Source of the DNA: Botryllus schlosseri
Lineage: Eukaryota
Assembly (NCBI GenBank): GCA_051294905.1
Contig: CM119372.1
Coordinates: forward strand, 28,522,001-28,586,000
Direction: 5' to 3'
DNA length: 64,000 bases
How positions within the stretch are numbered: position 1 is the first letter of the stretch; each line of letters begins with the position of its first letter. A program made the position numbers and the translations under genes. Shown piece after piece: positions 51,334 to 64,000 of the stretch. The notes below the pieces were generated by a model, which had not been told where the DNA came from, ran no database searches, and worked only from the letters and a program-made list of their open reading frames with translations.

Positions 51334-54300
51334 TCGCACCTACAGAATAGTCTGCTGTTCACAGTCGTGACTTCACCGCGATAGCACAATATTCGCAGGT
51401 AATATTTCCGCAATAAGTTTGTCACAGAGCCGTCGCACAATATCCACGTTCACAAACTAACACTCCAAAAAGGTGTGAAATATTGGTAAAATCCCACGAT
51501 CGCTCACAAGATAATACCTAAGACATAACCATCGCTTGCGACTCTTTGTTACGTACATGCCGATCGTTGACAATGTAATATTTTGGTAATTGGTTTGCCA
51601 CAGAGCCGGCGTAGACGGTGATTCAAATATCAACAATAGCCGCGTTCACAAACCAACACTACAAAAACGGGTGAAATAGGTTACAAATCCCACGATCGCT
51701 CACAAGATAACACCAAAGACATCACCATTTCTCGCGTCTTGTCATTACATACATCCCAATCGCTACAGTGTAATGTGTCGATGGTTGTTACTATCAAGTA
51801 ATAAGTAATGAATAACAGTACCAGCGCAGACCGTGATTCGAAAACCAACAATTTGACACTTGCCCGCGGTCGCTATATGTTTCATGCCTCTCGAATAGTG
51901 GCTGACTTTAGTTGCGTGATAAGATCCATGAAAATATTCAATCAATGCGTTAGTTTGTCAACTTGAAATGTAACTCACTACACAGATCAAGTTGAATCGT
52001 ATTTGAATGTATTGACTCGACCCAACTCAAATCCTTTGACAAATCCTATTAACGCAATCTGTTGAATCGAACGTAACCTGAATATTACTGACACCAACAT
52101 TCACCCACATCGGATCATTCACACATTCCACGCCGCTGTTTTAACAGTTATAGAATCAATACCAACTATCTCTAACCCGATAATATTCAATCATTTTGGT
52201 AATTTAACAACTGTAAACCCATTCGCGGATGTACTAAAGGTAAATCCAGATAATCCAAAATGAAATATTTGGACTTTGACATAGTCTGAATTGAAATAGA
52301 TTGACAAACATGACTAACAACTTTCAACCCAGTCATATTTAGAGATTATACACACATTGATTCGAAACAAGTAATGAAACATTACAACTCTATTCGCGAT
52401 CCGGCTTTTCAATTGCCAAAGCGACATTTTAACAACTTATCATACTCAAAAGAATTATTCACAACATTAACAAGTGTTAAATATCTAGTTTTCACTTACT
52501 TGATTATATCACAACAACTCACAAACTTGAATTAATTCATCCTGGTTGTATTCATATGACCGATAATTTTTTATTCAACTGTAAAGGTCGTTACTATTCT
52601 GAAGACAAAGTATTTACTAGTCGGTGCATATACGACTTGACATAAACATATTATATTTTGAGTATACGAGATTTGAATGTCTGAACAATAACTGAGAAAT
52701 AATTTATCACAATAAAATCCGTATATTACAGCGTAAAAGATGTTTGAATGTCAGCAACTCTGTACGGTCATAGTTACTACCACTAATTTACCCGACCAAC
52801 TCGTCATGATCATTCCTGAAATCAACACAAATATGACCACTGACTTGAGTTAACCACAAAACAGCATCAAGTTTTAAATCCACTTGTAGCTTACGGATTA
52901 TTTGAATGCTGGTTATGTTTTGTTGTAATTGAGTTAACGAAATAGTATTACGTCTCGACATCTTACCATCTTACCATATTCAAAGAATCAACCACGAAAA
53001 CATTGTCAAGTAAATCCGTTAACCGACCAACTCAAACAGTATCAATACGAAAAACAAACAAACATACACGAATCCATACCATCACTAAAACCTAAAATCC
53101 ATAACAAACTCGGTTGTATTCATATCCCAACGCATCTTTTTTATTCAACTTGAAAAGTCGTCACTATTCTGTAAGATAGAGGAATTACTATGCGGTATAT
53201 TTTATAAGATAAAAGTAATTACTTCTCGGTGCCCGCGACTTGAGATTAACATAATATGTTTGAGTATGCGAGATTTGAAAGTCTGCCCAACATATTGAGA
53301 ATTCATTTCTTACAATCGAACGCAGGTGTTATATTGAAAATTATCATGATGTAAACATAAGGATTGACACATTGATTTGACATATGTAATAGTTGATCAT
53401 GACTTGACTATTAAATTATTTGCGGTAATTAGACCCGGCGTTGTGGTAAAGATTATTGTGACAGCAACAAACTTTTCAGTACCATTGTTATTAACATATT
53501 GAGTTGTAAACTATGTGTGTCTAAAATGTTCTCGATTGGAAAATTATTCAGCCTTGGTACAAACCACGCAGAGTATTGTGGATATCAGGAAATATTTTAC
53601 AAATGTCTGCATTAAACAAGACTAAAGATGAAACAACAATTTCCTTTGTTGAACAATAACCGGGGCAATACTTTATTGTCGGTGAGAATTGAAACACTTT
53701 CGCGCATTACCTGGTGTCAAGATATCACACTAGGTGAATTGACATACCACCATTTGATTAATGCTTAATCCGTTCGCATCATTTCACACTCACTTTGATC
53801 ATTACAAAAGTAAATTGGAATATGTTTGCTAGGCACCACCTATTCAACTATACTTGAGTAATACAGAAACCTCTCAGCATTAATAAAATCGAAATGTGCG
53901 CTACACTGAAATCTACAAAAATGTGTTTGTATTGCTGTTCGTAGTAGCGATATCGATTTGAACCTCCATCATCTAACCAAACTACTGAGAGTCGTTGTCA
54001 ATTTACATGACGTTCACTGATTACATACTAGAACTATTTGTGCAGCGCACACGATCAGAGAAATTGGACATTTTTCCATTGCCATTCGTCAAAGTAAATG
54101 TCGTCACAATAATCAGTCACTAAAAGACCATATACTTGTATGTGATTGAATCGCCGACAATTAACTCGGTAAATCAAACCTCTGAGAAATTTCACTCAGT
54201 CATTGGATAGGAAACAGCGTCGCTTAATCGGTGTGAGTCGTTTTTTCTAAATACTAATCATATCTGTCCAGCCAAGAACAATTTTCACTCACTTGGGTAA

Positions 54301-57198
54301 CGAAACCAGTGTCCAATATCAATACAAGATATTTTCGTCACACAAAAATAATCAACTTCACTCGACATTCCCGTACTACGAAACTGTACAAAGGTTACAT
54401 GCTTTTGTATGACATGGAATCAATAGCGATCGAAGTAACCGTATTGGAGATAACTTTTAAACAAACACACTCTACGTGGTTAACATTCTCGTCGATTCTA
54501 TTGTGATTAATGTATACTTCATGTGATCTGGATTCATTTCGATATGGCTAAACATTCAACCTCGACGGATACGAATTGTCACACACTCAAGTAATATCAT
54601 ACCAAATAGTTATTTACAAGACACAGAAATTTGTTTTGGTCGTTTCGACTTTATTACTGGAGATACTCATCACTTCGCTTAATACAATCTAGATTTAAAC
54701 TCCATCGAACCTTTGGTGTCTATCGTTTTGCTGGATACGAATTATGTTAGTCTAAGAGTACACAATTTTCACTATCTTGGGTTATGAACTCAGTGTGTTA
54801 GCGATCATTCAATATTTTGTGGTATCAACTAGCTACTTCGTAGGATACGAATGATCATCCTCACAACTCTTACAAAAGTACGAAGGATATTTACATCACA
54901 CAAAGTAATCGACTTTACTCGATATCCTCACACTACGAAACTGAATGGTTATGGTTTGACTCTACAAACTGTTCTGATGTCACAAGAACTTTTTCATACG
55001 AATGGTTACGTATCTAAATATTCAAATAATCCAACACACGACTATAGCACTTACTGAAATATCATAGTTCTTGTAACAAGTTGTATAAGTATAATGTTTA
55101 TCGTAAGTCCTACATAGCCATGATATCCGTCCGAGTTTGACTTTTAGAAACCATTATACCGACATCGCGACATCTTTCAAAATTAAAACCACGGTGACTG
55201 CTTCAGAGACCTACCAATGAAATTGCAGTATTACAGTTACTTCCACAAAAGAGTATGTATTCGACTTACTTACCACAAATCTAACGCACAAAACAATTTA
55301 CTTTACTAACGAGAAGCACCGAGCCTCACATCAAAACAACTAGAAAGTGGAACTATATTAAAAAACGTCGCTAACCTTTGTGCACCAGCTGTAAATCACA
55401 CAAGCAACATGTTTCAAGATTCTGGTTATTGAAAAACGTTAAAGTGTTTCTCCTGCACCAAGTCGTTATGTTGACGAAAGTGTATATTGTAATACCATGA
55501 TCGATTTGCATTCGTTGGTCACAAACTGTCACTACTCCAAAAAATTATTTTTCACTCAAACACAAAAGCATACTTGTCGCCAATCGTTTTCATCAAGCAC
55601 GAGTTCAAGAAACCTGCTACGACATGAATTGTTATTTTGATGTTGTGTAAATAGGTAATAATTTATTTTAGTAACACTACATCAACATCATCGAGTTGTG
55701 CGAATAGATTTACATGTGGTTTTAATCGAAGTACACAGCACGGTCTAATGTAGATTCATCTCTATTGTACAGCAACTCGGTAATCGAAATGCATTAACAT
55801 TTAAACAACGATCTTGGTTCGTCACGCGAAAAATATCTTTACTGTCGCAACACTCTGATACTCTGCACAAGATGTGTAAATCCTTTTCACACTCATAATA
55901 ATACACTAACGGGATACCGATGTCAAGCAACAACGTTTAACAACATCACTGACACTGAACATACGATACCTACCCAAGTAAAAATATCATTTTCACCAGG
56001 AGGTCAGTCGTTACTTGTGTACAATTAACATTTTCCCTTGGGAGTTTAGCGTTACCCGAGTAACAAACCCATTTTCACTTGGAAATATATGTTTTCCCTC
56101 AACAACAAACGTTTTTCACTTGGAAATATATTTTTTCCCTGGGTAACAAACCCCTTTTCACTTGGAAATATATTTTTGCCCTGGATAACAAACCTTTTTC
56201 ACTTGGAAATATATTTTTTCTCTTGGTAACAAACCTTTTTCACTTGGAAATATATTTTTTCTCTGGGTAACAAACCTTTTTCACTTGGGAATATATTTTT
56301 TCCCCGATCAACAAACCTTTTTCACTTGGAAATATATTTTTTCCCCGAGCAACAAACCATTTTCACTGAGCAACAAACCCTTTTCTCCCCAGGCAACAAA
56401 CCCTTTTCGTTTGGAAAACTATCATTTACCTGAGTACCAATACCATTTTCGTTTTGAAAACTGACAACTACACCGGTCAATTTGATATTTTTTGTATATT
56501 GTTACAGCAGATAGTGACAAAATATACACCAACAACGACTCCGATACATTTGTGTAATCAAATATTCACTTGCTCTGATGCATCCCATCAAAATCATTGG
56601 TTACTCACATACAATAACAATGAGCTGTTGTACACCGAAATGCACGCTTTGGAAAATTGGACAATAGGCTGCGATAGTTCTGCGATGTCCGGGTTCGTGC
56701 TTTGGATTTTCCAGAGTCAAAATGTCTGAATAAAACACCTCCTCGACGATGGTTGGTATGTGGATAACGGTGTTCGGAAAACGGTTGGATTTATGTCACC
56801 CATCGCGATAACAATTCCTGGTCGAGTTTTCCTCCGGCATGTTTACTATATTGTGTCTTTATTGGTCAATGTATGTCTCGACATTCAGTTTGAAATCGGA
56901 AATGATAAAGTACGTAACCGGATCCGGATATCAACTCTGAATCGATAAACCAATGAACAATATTCAAAGTAAACATGTTACACCTGTGTTTCCACGAAAA
57001 AATACCATCCAGACATACGTCGCGCTTGTTTGCCCACACCAGTATACGCGCAAATGGAGGTGTGTGACATTGCATGCAATGTGTTGGTATACAAACATCG
57101 ATCCACAGACATTATCATAGCCGGTAATTTTGATGTAGATCGAATGTCACCCGATAACAATGTCATACCAATAAGCCACATTGCAATGACTCTGAGTC
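51334..57198 (+). repeat. Element 2 left arm (portion whose mirror is visible)
   Basis: Reverse complement of 58135-64000. Confidence 0.97.
56062..56460 (+). repeat. 41-bp minisatellite, ~8 copies plus degenerate tail
   Basis: Unit AACAAACCTTTTTCACTTGGAAATATATTTTTTCCCTGGGT; CACTTGG recurs at 56076, 56117, 56159, 56200, 56241, 56282, 56323. Confidence 0.95.
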
Positions 57199-58134
57199 CG
57201 CGCTATTACATCGATATTTCGACACCGTTCACTGATTTACTCGATGGTGTTATCGTGTTGCAACATTACAAGATAGTCATGACCCTATCTCCGGACAGAC
57301 GTCCCAGATCAATTGGATACATAGGTCAATATCCATCGTGTTGTCGAGACCGAAGTTTTCCGCTGAGACTGCAGCGTTTCACCAATGTGAACTATCGAAG
57401 TACGGTGCTCGAAATGATTGTGATCAGTCTTTCAGTCACGATGCAAGGATGTCGCTACTCCAGCATAACGACTCCAGATAAATATCGTGAACAGTGATTC
57501 TGAAAATCTCGGACTGATACTGTGATCCAATAAGGTATGTTTCTGTGGAATGAAGACTGCAATCGTACACCACAATAGAACACTACCTCGCGATTTCACA
57601 CACAATCATAAAACACATCATCGTAAGGGTCCAGTTCGTCCGGTAACATTTCGAAACGGTCATCGCCACAAGAGATCGGGTTGGTCTCGTCGTATCGGTA
57701 GCATTTTGACACTGCCATCACCACAAGGCTATTGACGTCGTTTCGGTTGGTCATGTCAATCCGTTTTACAATTTACCGTTTTTCAACTCCCCGCACCATA
57801 CTGTTACGACACAGACAAGAAGCATCGGTGGAAATAATAAAACACGGAAGGCACACTTTGGTGGTATTTGACATGGATTTTACACCAGACGAACCTCACA
57901 TTCGAGCGATGTATTGGAATGACGCCTGTATTATCGATGTCGAAGGAACAGAAATGTATCGATTTATTGGTTTCGTACATATCCAACAAAAACCAGGGTA
58001 TATGATTGTGCATGGTTCGCATATTCGAATGTGAACGCCCAATTGGTATATGTTGTATAGTTCACTTTCACCATCGTGCGAATAACCCATGTTACGGGTC
58101 CATGTTTGTGTGTCTGTATGTCATGCTTCAGATT

Positions 58135-61100
58135 GACTCAGAGTCATTGCAATGTGGCTTATTGGTATGACATTGTTATCGGGTGACATTCGATCTACAT
58201 CAAAATTACCGGCTATGATAATGTCTGTGGATCGATGTTTGTATACCAACACATTGCACGCAATGTCACACACCTCCATTTGCGCGTATACTGGTGTGGG
58301 CAAACAAGCGCGACGTATGTCTGGATGGTATTTTTTCGTGGAAACACAGGTGTAACATGTTTACTTTGAATATTGTTCATTGGTTTATCGATTCAGAGTT
58401 GATATCCGGATCCGGTTACGTACTTTATCATTTCCGATTTCAAACTGAATGTCGAGACATACATTGACCAATAAAGACACAATATAGTAAACATGCCGGA
58501 GGAAAACTCGACCAGGAATTGTTATCGCGATGGGTGACATAAATCCAACCGTTTTCCGAACACCGTTATCCACATACCAACCATCGTCGAGGAGGTGTTT
58601 TATTCAGACATTTTGACTCTGGAAAATCCAAAGCACGAACCCGGACATCGCAGAACTATCGCAGCCTATTGTCCAATTTTCCAAAGCGTGCATTTCGGTG
58701 TACAACAGCTCATTGTTATTGTATGTGAGTAACCAATGATTTTGATGGGATGCATCAGAGCAAGTGAATATTTGATTACACAAATGTATCGGAGTCGTTG
58801 TTGGTGTATATTTTGTCACTATCTGCTGTAACAATATACAAAAAATATCAAATTGACCGGTGTAGTTGTCAGTTTTCAAAACGAAAATGGTATTGGTACT
58901 CAGGTAAATGATAGTTTTCCAAACGAAAAGGGTTTGTTGCCTGGGGAGAAAAGGGTTTGTTGCTCAGTGAAAATGGTTTGTTGCTCGGGGAAAAAATATA
59001 TTTCCAAGTGAAAAAGGTTTGTTGATCGGGGAAAAAAATATATTCCCAAGTGAAAAAGGTTTGTTACCCAGAGAAAAAATATATTTCCAAGTGAAAAAGG
59101 TTTGTTACCAAGAGAAAAAATATATTTCCAAGTGAAAAAGGTTTGTTATCCAGGGCAAAAATATATTTCCAAGTGAAAAGGGGTTTGTTACCCAGGGAAA
59201 AAATATATTTCCAAGTGAAAAACGTTTGTTGTTGAGGGAAAACATATATTTCCAAGTGAAAATGGGTTTGTTACTCGGGTAACGCTAAACTCCCAAGGGA
59301 AAATGTTAATTGTACACAAGTAACGACTGACCTCCTGGTGAAAATGATATTTTTACTTGGGTAGGTATCGTATGTTCAGTGTCAGTGATGTTGTTAAACG
59401 TTGTTGCTTGACATCGGTATCCCGTTAGTGTATTATTATGAGTGTGAAAAGGATTTACACATCTTGTGCAGAGTATCAGAGTGTTGCGACAGTAAAGATA
59501 TTTTTCGCGTGACGAACCAAGATCGTTGTTTAAATGTTAATGCATTTCGATTACCGAGTTGCTGTACAATAGAGATGAATCTACATTAGACCGTGCTGTG
59601 TACTTCGATTAAAACCACATGTAAATCTATTCGCACAACTCGTTGATGTTGATGTAGTGTTACTAAAATAAATTATTACCTATTTACACAACATCAAAAT
59701 AACAATTCATGTCGTAGCAGGTTTCTTGAACTCGTGCTTGATGAAAACGATTGGCGACAAGTATGCTTTTGTGTTTGAGTGAAAAATAATTTTTTGGAGT
59801 AGTGACAGTTTGTGACCAACGAATGCAAATCGATCATGGTATTACAATATACACTTTCGTCAACATAACGACTTGGTGCAGGAGAAACACTTTAACGTTT
59901 TTCAATAACCAGAATCTTGAAACATGTTGCTTGTGTGATTTACAGCTGGTGCACAAAGGTTAGCGACGTTTTTTAATATAGTTCCACTTTCTAGTTGTTT
60001 TGATGTGAGGCTCGGTGCTTCTCGTTAGTAAAGTAAATTGTTTTGTGCGTTAGATTTGTGGTAAGTAAGTCGAATACATACTCTTTTGTGGAAGTAACTG
60101 TAATACTGCAATTTCATTGGTAGGTCTCTGAAGCAGTCACCGTGGTTTTAATTTTGAAAGATGTCGCGATGTCGGTATAATGGTTTCTAAAAGTCAAACT
60201 CGGACGGATATCATGGCTATGTAGGACTTACGATAAACATTATACTTATACAACTTGTTACAAGAACTATGATATTTCAGTAAGTGCTATAGTCGTGTGT
60301 TGGATTATTTGAATATTTAGATACGTAACCATTCGTATGAAAAAGTTCTTGTGACATCAGAACAGTTTGTAGAGTCAAACCATAACCATTCAGTTTCGTA
60401 GTGTGAGGATATCGAGTAAAGTCGATTACTTTGTGTGATGTAAATATCCTTCGTACTTTTGTAAGAGTTGTGAGGATGATCATTCGTATCCTACGAAGTA
60501 GCTAGTTGATACCACAAAATATTGAATGATCGCTAACACACTGAGTTCATAACCCAAGATAGTGAAAATTGTGTACTCTTAGACTAACATAATTCGTATC
60601 CAGCAAAACGATAGACACCAAAGGTTCGATGGAGTTTAAATCTAGATTGTATCAAGCGAAGTGATGAGTATCTCCAGTAATAAAGTCGAAACGACCAAAA
60701 CAAATTTCTGTGTCTTGTAAATAACTATTTGGTATGATATTACTTGAGTGTGTGACAATTCGTATCCGTCGAGGTTGAATGTTTAGCCATATCGAAATGA
60801 ATCCAGATCACATGAAGTATACATTAATCACAATAGAATCGACGAGAATGTTAACCACGTAGAGTGTGTTTGTTTAAAAGTTATCTCCAATACGGTTACT
60901 TCGATCGCTATTGATTCCATGTCATACAAAAGCATGTAACCTTTGTACAGTTTCGTAGTACGGGAATGTCGAGTGAAGTTGATTATTTTTGTGTGACGAA
61001 AATATCTTGTATTGATATTGGACACTGGTTTCGTTACCCAAGTGAGTGAAAATTGTTCTTGGCTGGACAGATATGATTAGTATTTAGAAAAAACGACTCA

Positions 61101-64000
61101 CACCGATTAAGCGACGCTGTTTCCTATCCAATGACTGAGTGAAATTTCTCAGAGGTTTGATTTACCGAGTTAATTGTCGGCGATTCAATCACATACAAGT
61201 ATATGGTCTTTTAGTGACTGATTATTGTGACGACATTTACTTTGACGAATGGCAATGGAAAAATGTCCAATTTCTCTGATCGTGTGCGCTGCACAAATAG
61301 TTCTAGTATGTAATCAGTGAACGTCATGTAAATTGACAACGACTCTCAGTAGTTTGGTTAGATGATGGAGGTTCAAATCGATATCGCTACTACGAACAGC
61401 AATACAAACACATTTTTGTAGATTTCAGTGTAGCGCACATTTCGATTTTATTAATGCTGAGAGGTTTCTGTATTACTCAAGTATAGTTGAATAGGTGGTG
61501 CCTAGCAAACATATTCCAATTTACTTTTGTAATGATCAAAGTGAGTGTGAAATGATGCGAACGGATTAAGCATTAATCAAATGGTGGTATGTCAATTCAC
61601 CTAGTGTGATATCTTGACACCAGGTAATGCGCGAAAGTGTTTCAATTCTCACCGACAATAAAGTATTGCCCCGGTTATTGTTCAACAAAGGAAATTGTTG
61701 TTTCATCTTTAGTCTTGTTTAATGCAGACATTTGTAAAATATTTCCTGATATCCACAATACTCTGCGTGGTTTGTACCAAGGCTGAATAATTTTCCAATC
61801 GAGAACATTTTAGACACACATAGTTTACAACTCAATATGTTAATAACAATGGTACTGAAAAGTTTGTTGCTGTCACAATAATCTTTACCACAACGCCGGG
61901 TCTAATTACCGCAAATAATTTAATAGTCAAGTCATGATCAACTATTACATATGTCAAATCAATGTGTCAATCCTTATGTTTACATCATGATAATTTTCAA
62001 TATAACACCTGCGTTCGATTGTAAGAAATGAATTCTCAATATGTTGGGCAGACTTTCAAATCTCGCATACTCAAACATATTATGTTAATCTCAAGTCGCG
62101 GGCACCGAGAAGTAATTACTTTTATCTTATAAAATATACCGCATAGTAATTCCTCTATCTTACAGAATAGTGACGACTTTTCAAGTTGAATAAAAAAGAT
62201 GCGTTGGGATATGAATACAACCGAGTTTGTTATGGATTTTAGGTTTTAGTGATGGTATGGATTCGTGTATGTTTGTTTGTTTTTCGTATTGATACTGTTT
62301 GAGTTGGTCGGTTAACGGATTTACTTGACAATGTTTTCGTGGTTGATTCTTTGAATATGGTAAGATGGTAAGATGTCGAGACGTAATACTATTTCGTTAA
62401 CTCAATTACAACAAAACATAACCAGCATTCAAATAATCCGTAAGCTACAAGTGGATTTAAAACTTGATGCTGTTTTGTGGTTAACTCAAGTCAGTGGTCA
62501 TATTTGTGTTGATTTCAGGAATGATCATGACGAGTTGGTCGGGTAAATTAGTGGTAGTAACTATGACCGTACAGAGTTGCTGACATTCAAACATCTTTTA
62601 CGCTGTAATATACGGATTTTATTGTGATAAATTATTTCTCAGTTATTGTTCAGACATTCAAATCTCGTATACTCAAAATATAATATGTTTATGTCAAGTC
62701 GTATATGCACCGACTAGTAAATACTTTGTCTTCAGAATAGTAACGACCTTTACAGTTGAATAAAAAATTATCGGTCATATGAATACAACCAGGATGAATT
62801 AATTCAAGTTTGTGAGTTGTTGTGATATAATCAAGTAAGTGAAAACTAGATATTTAACACTTGTTAATGTTGTGAATAATTCTTTTGAGTATGATAAGTT
62901 GTTAAAATGTCGCTTTGGCAATTGAAAAGCCGGATCGCGAATAGAGTTGTAATGTTTCATTACTTGTTTCGAATCAATGTGTGTATAATCTCTAAATATG
63001 ACTGGGTTGAAAGTTGTTAGTCATGTTTGTCAATCTATTTCAATTCAGACTATGTCAAAGTCCAAATATTTCATTTTGGATTATCTGGATTTACCTTTAG
63101 TACATCCGCGAATGGGTTTACAGTTGGTAAATTACCAAAATGATTGAATATTATCGGGTTAGAGATAGTTGGTATTGATTCTATAACTGTTAAAACAGCG
63201 GCGTGGAATGTGTGAATGATCCGATGTGGGTGAATGTTGGTGTCAGTAATATTCAGGTTACGTTCGATTCAACAGATTGCGTTAATAGGATTTGTCAAAG
63301 GATTTGAGTTGGGTCGAGTCAATACATTCAAATACGATTCAACTTGATCTGTGTAGTGAGTTACATTTCAAGTTGACAAACTAACGCATTGATTGAATAT
63401 TTTCATGGATCTTATCACGCAACTAAAGTCAGCCACTATTCGAGAGGCATGAAACATATAGCGACCGCGGGCAAGTGTCAAATTGTTGGTTTTCGAATCA
63501 CGGTCTGCGCTGGTACTGTTATTCATTACTTATTACTTGATAGTAACAACCATCGACACATTACACTGTAGCGATTGGGATGTATGTAATGACAAGACGC
63601 GAGAAATGGTGATGTCTTTGGTGTTATCTTGTGAGCGATCGTGGGATTTGTAACCTATTTCACCCGTTTTTGTAGTGTTGGTTTGTGAACGCGGCTATTG
63701 TTGATATTTGAATCACCGTCTACGCCGGCTCTGTGGCAAACCAATTACCAAAATATTACATTGTCAACGATCGGCATGTATGTAACAAAGAGTCGCAAGC
63801 GATGGTTATGTCTTAGGTATTATCTTGTGAGCGATCGTGGGATTTTACCAATATTTCACACCTTTTTGGAGTGTTAGTTTGTGAACGTGGATATTGTGCG
63901 ACGGCTCTGTGACAAACTTATTGCGGAAATATTACCTGCGAATATTGTGCTATCGCGGTGAAGTCACGACTGTGAACAGCAGACTATTCTGTAGGTGCGA
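58135..64000 (-). repeat. Element 2 right arm (truncated by the window end)
   Basis: Reverse complement of 51334-57198. Confidence 0.97.
58874..59272 (-). repeat. 41-bp minisatellite, mirror copy
   Basis: Reverse complement of 56062-56460. Confidence 0.95.

Larger units (their letters stand above)
50816..64000. mobile_element. Palindromic element 2: Polinton-like non-autonomous element with ~6.4-kb arms and a 936-bp spacer; right end outside the window
   Basis: Starts AGTAGTTATATAGATCGG at a break in a hAT pseudogene. 51334-57198 is the reverse complement of 58135-64000 (sums 115333/115334). The TSD cannot be confirmed in this window. Confidence 0.7.

Noticed and set aside
56062..56460. 41-bp array as a CRISPR
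   Set aside because: Head-to-tail minisatellite with no unique spacers, no cas genes, and a eukaryotic context.
57030..57497. 155-aa ORF with IIIAGNFD resembling an AP-endonuclease GDFN motif
   Set aside because: Single weak motif, TTG start, and no other endonuclease or reverse-transcriptase motifs.

Overview
AT-rich eukaryotic DNA, probably an ascidian (inferred only from a plicatamide-like peptide gene), dominated by nested non-autonomous DNA transposons (hAT-type with 8-bp TSDs, a decayed piggyBac, a tRNA-derived SINE). One likely host gene, missed by the ORF track: a 4-exon, 101-aa secreted His-rich precursor (7582-8795). Its predicted mature N-terminus WFHVHFHI(G) closely resembles plicatamide. 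The most striking structure is a pair of giant palindromic elements with Polinton/Maverick-type AGTAGT termini. Element 1 (33788-48512, 14.7 kb) has 6.3-kb near-identical arms, a 2.1-kb spacer and a perfect 6-bp TSD (TCCATG). It carries an intronless death-domain gene in each arm and a C2H2 zinc-finger gene in the spacer, but no recognisable pPolB, integrase, ATPase or capsid genes. Element 2 (50816 to beyond 64000) has ~6.4-kb arms unrelated to element 1 except at the terminus, and a 936-bp spacer. An older decayed arm of the element-2 family, split by nested insertions, spans ~30830-49545. Most ORFs in the supplied track are spurious or mirror copies caused by the palindromes.
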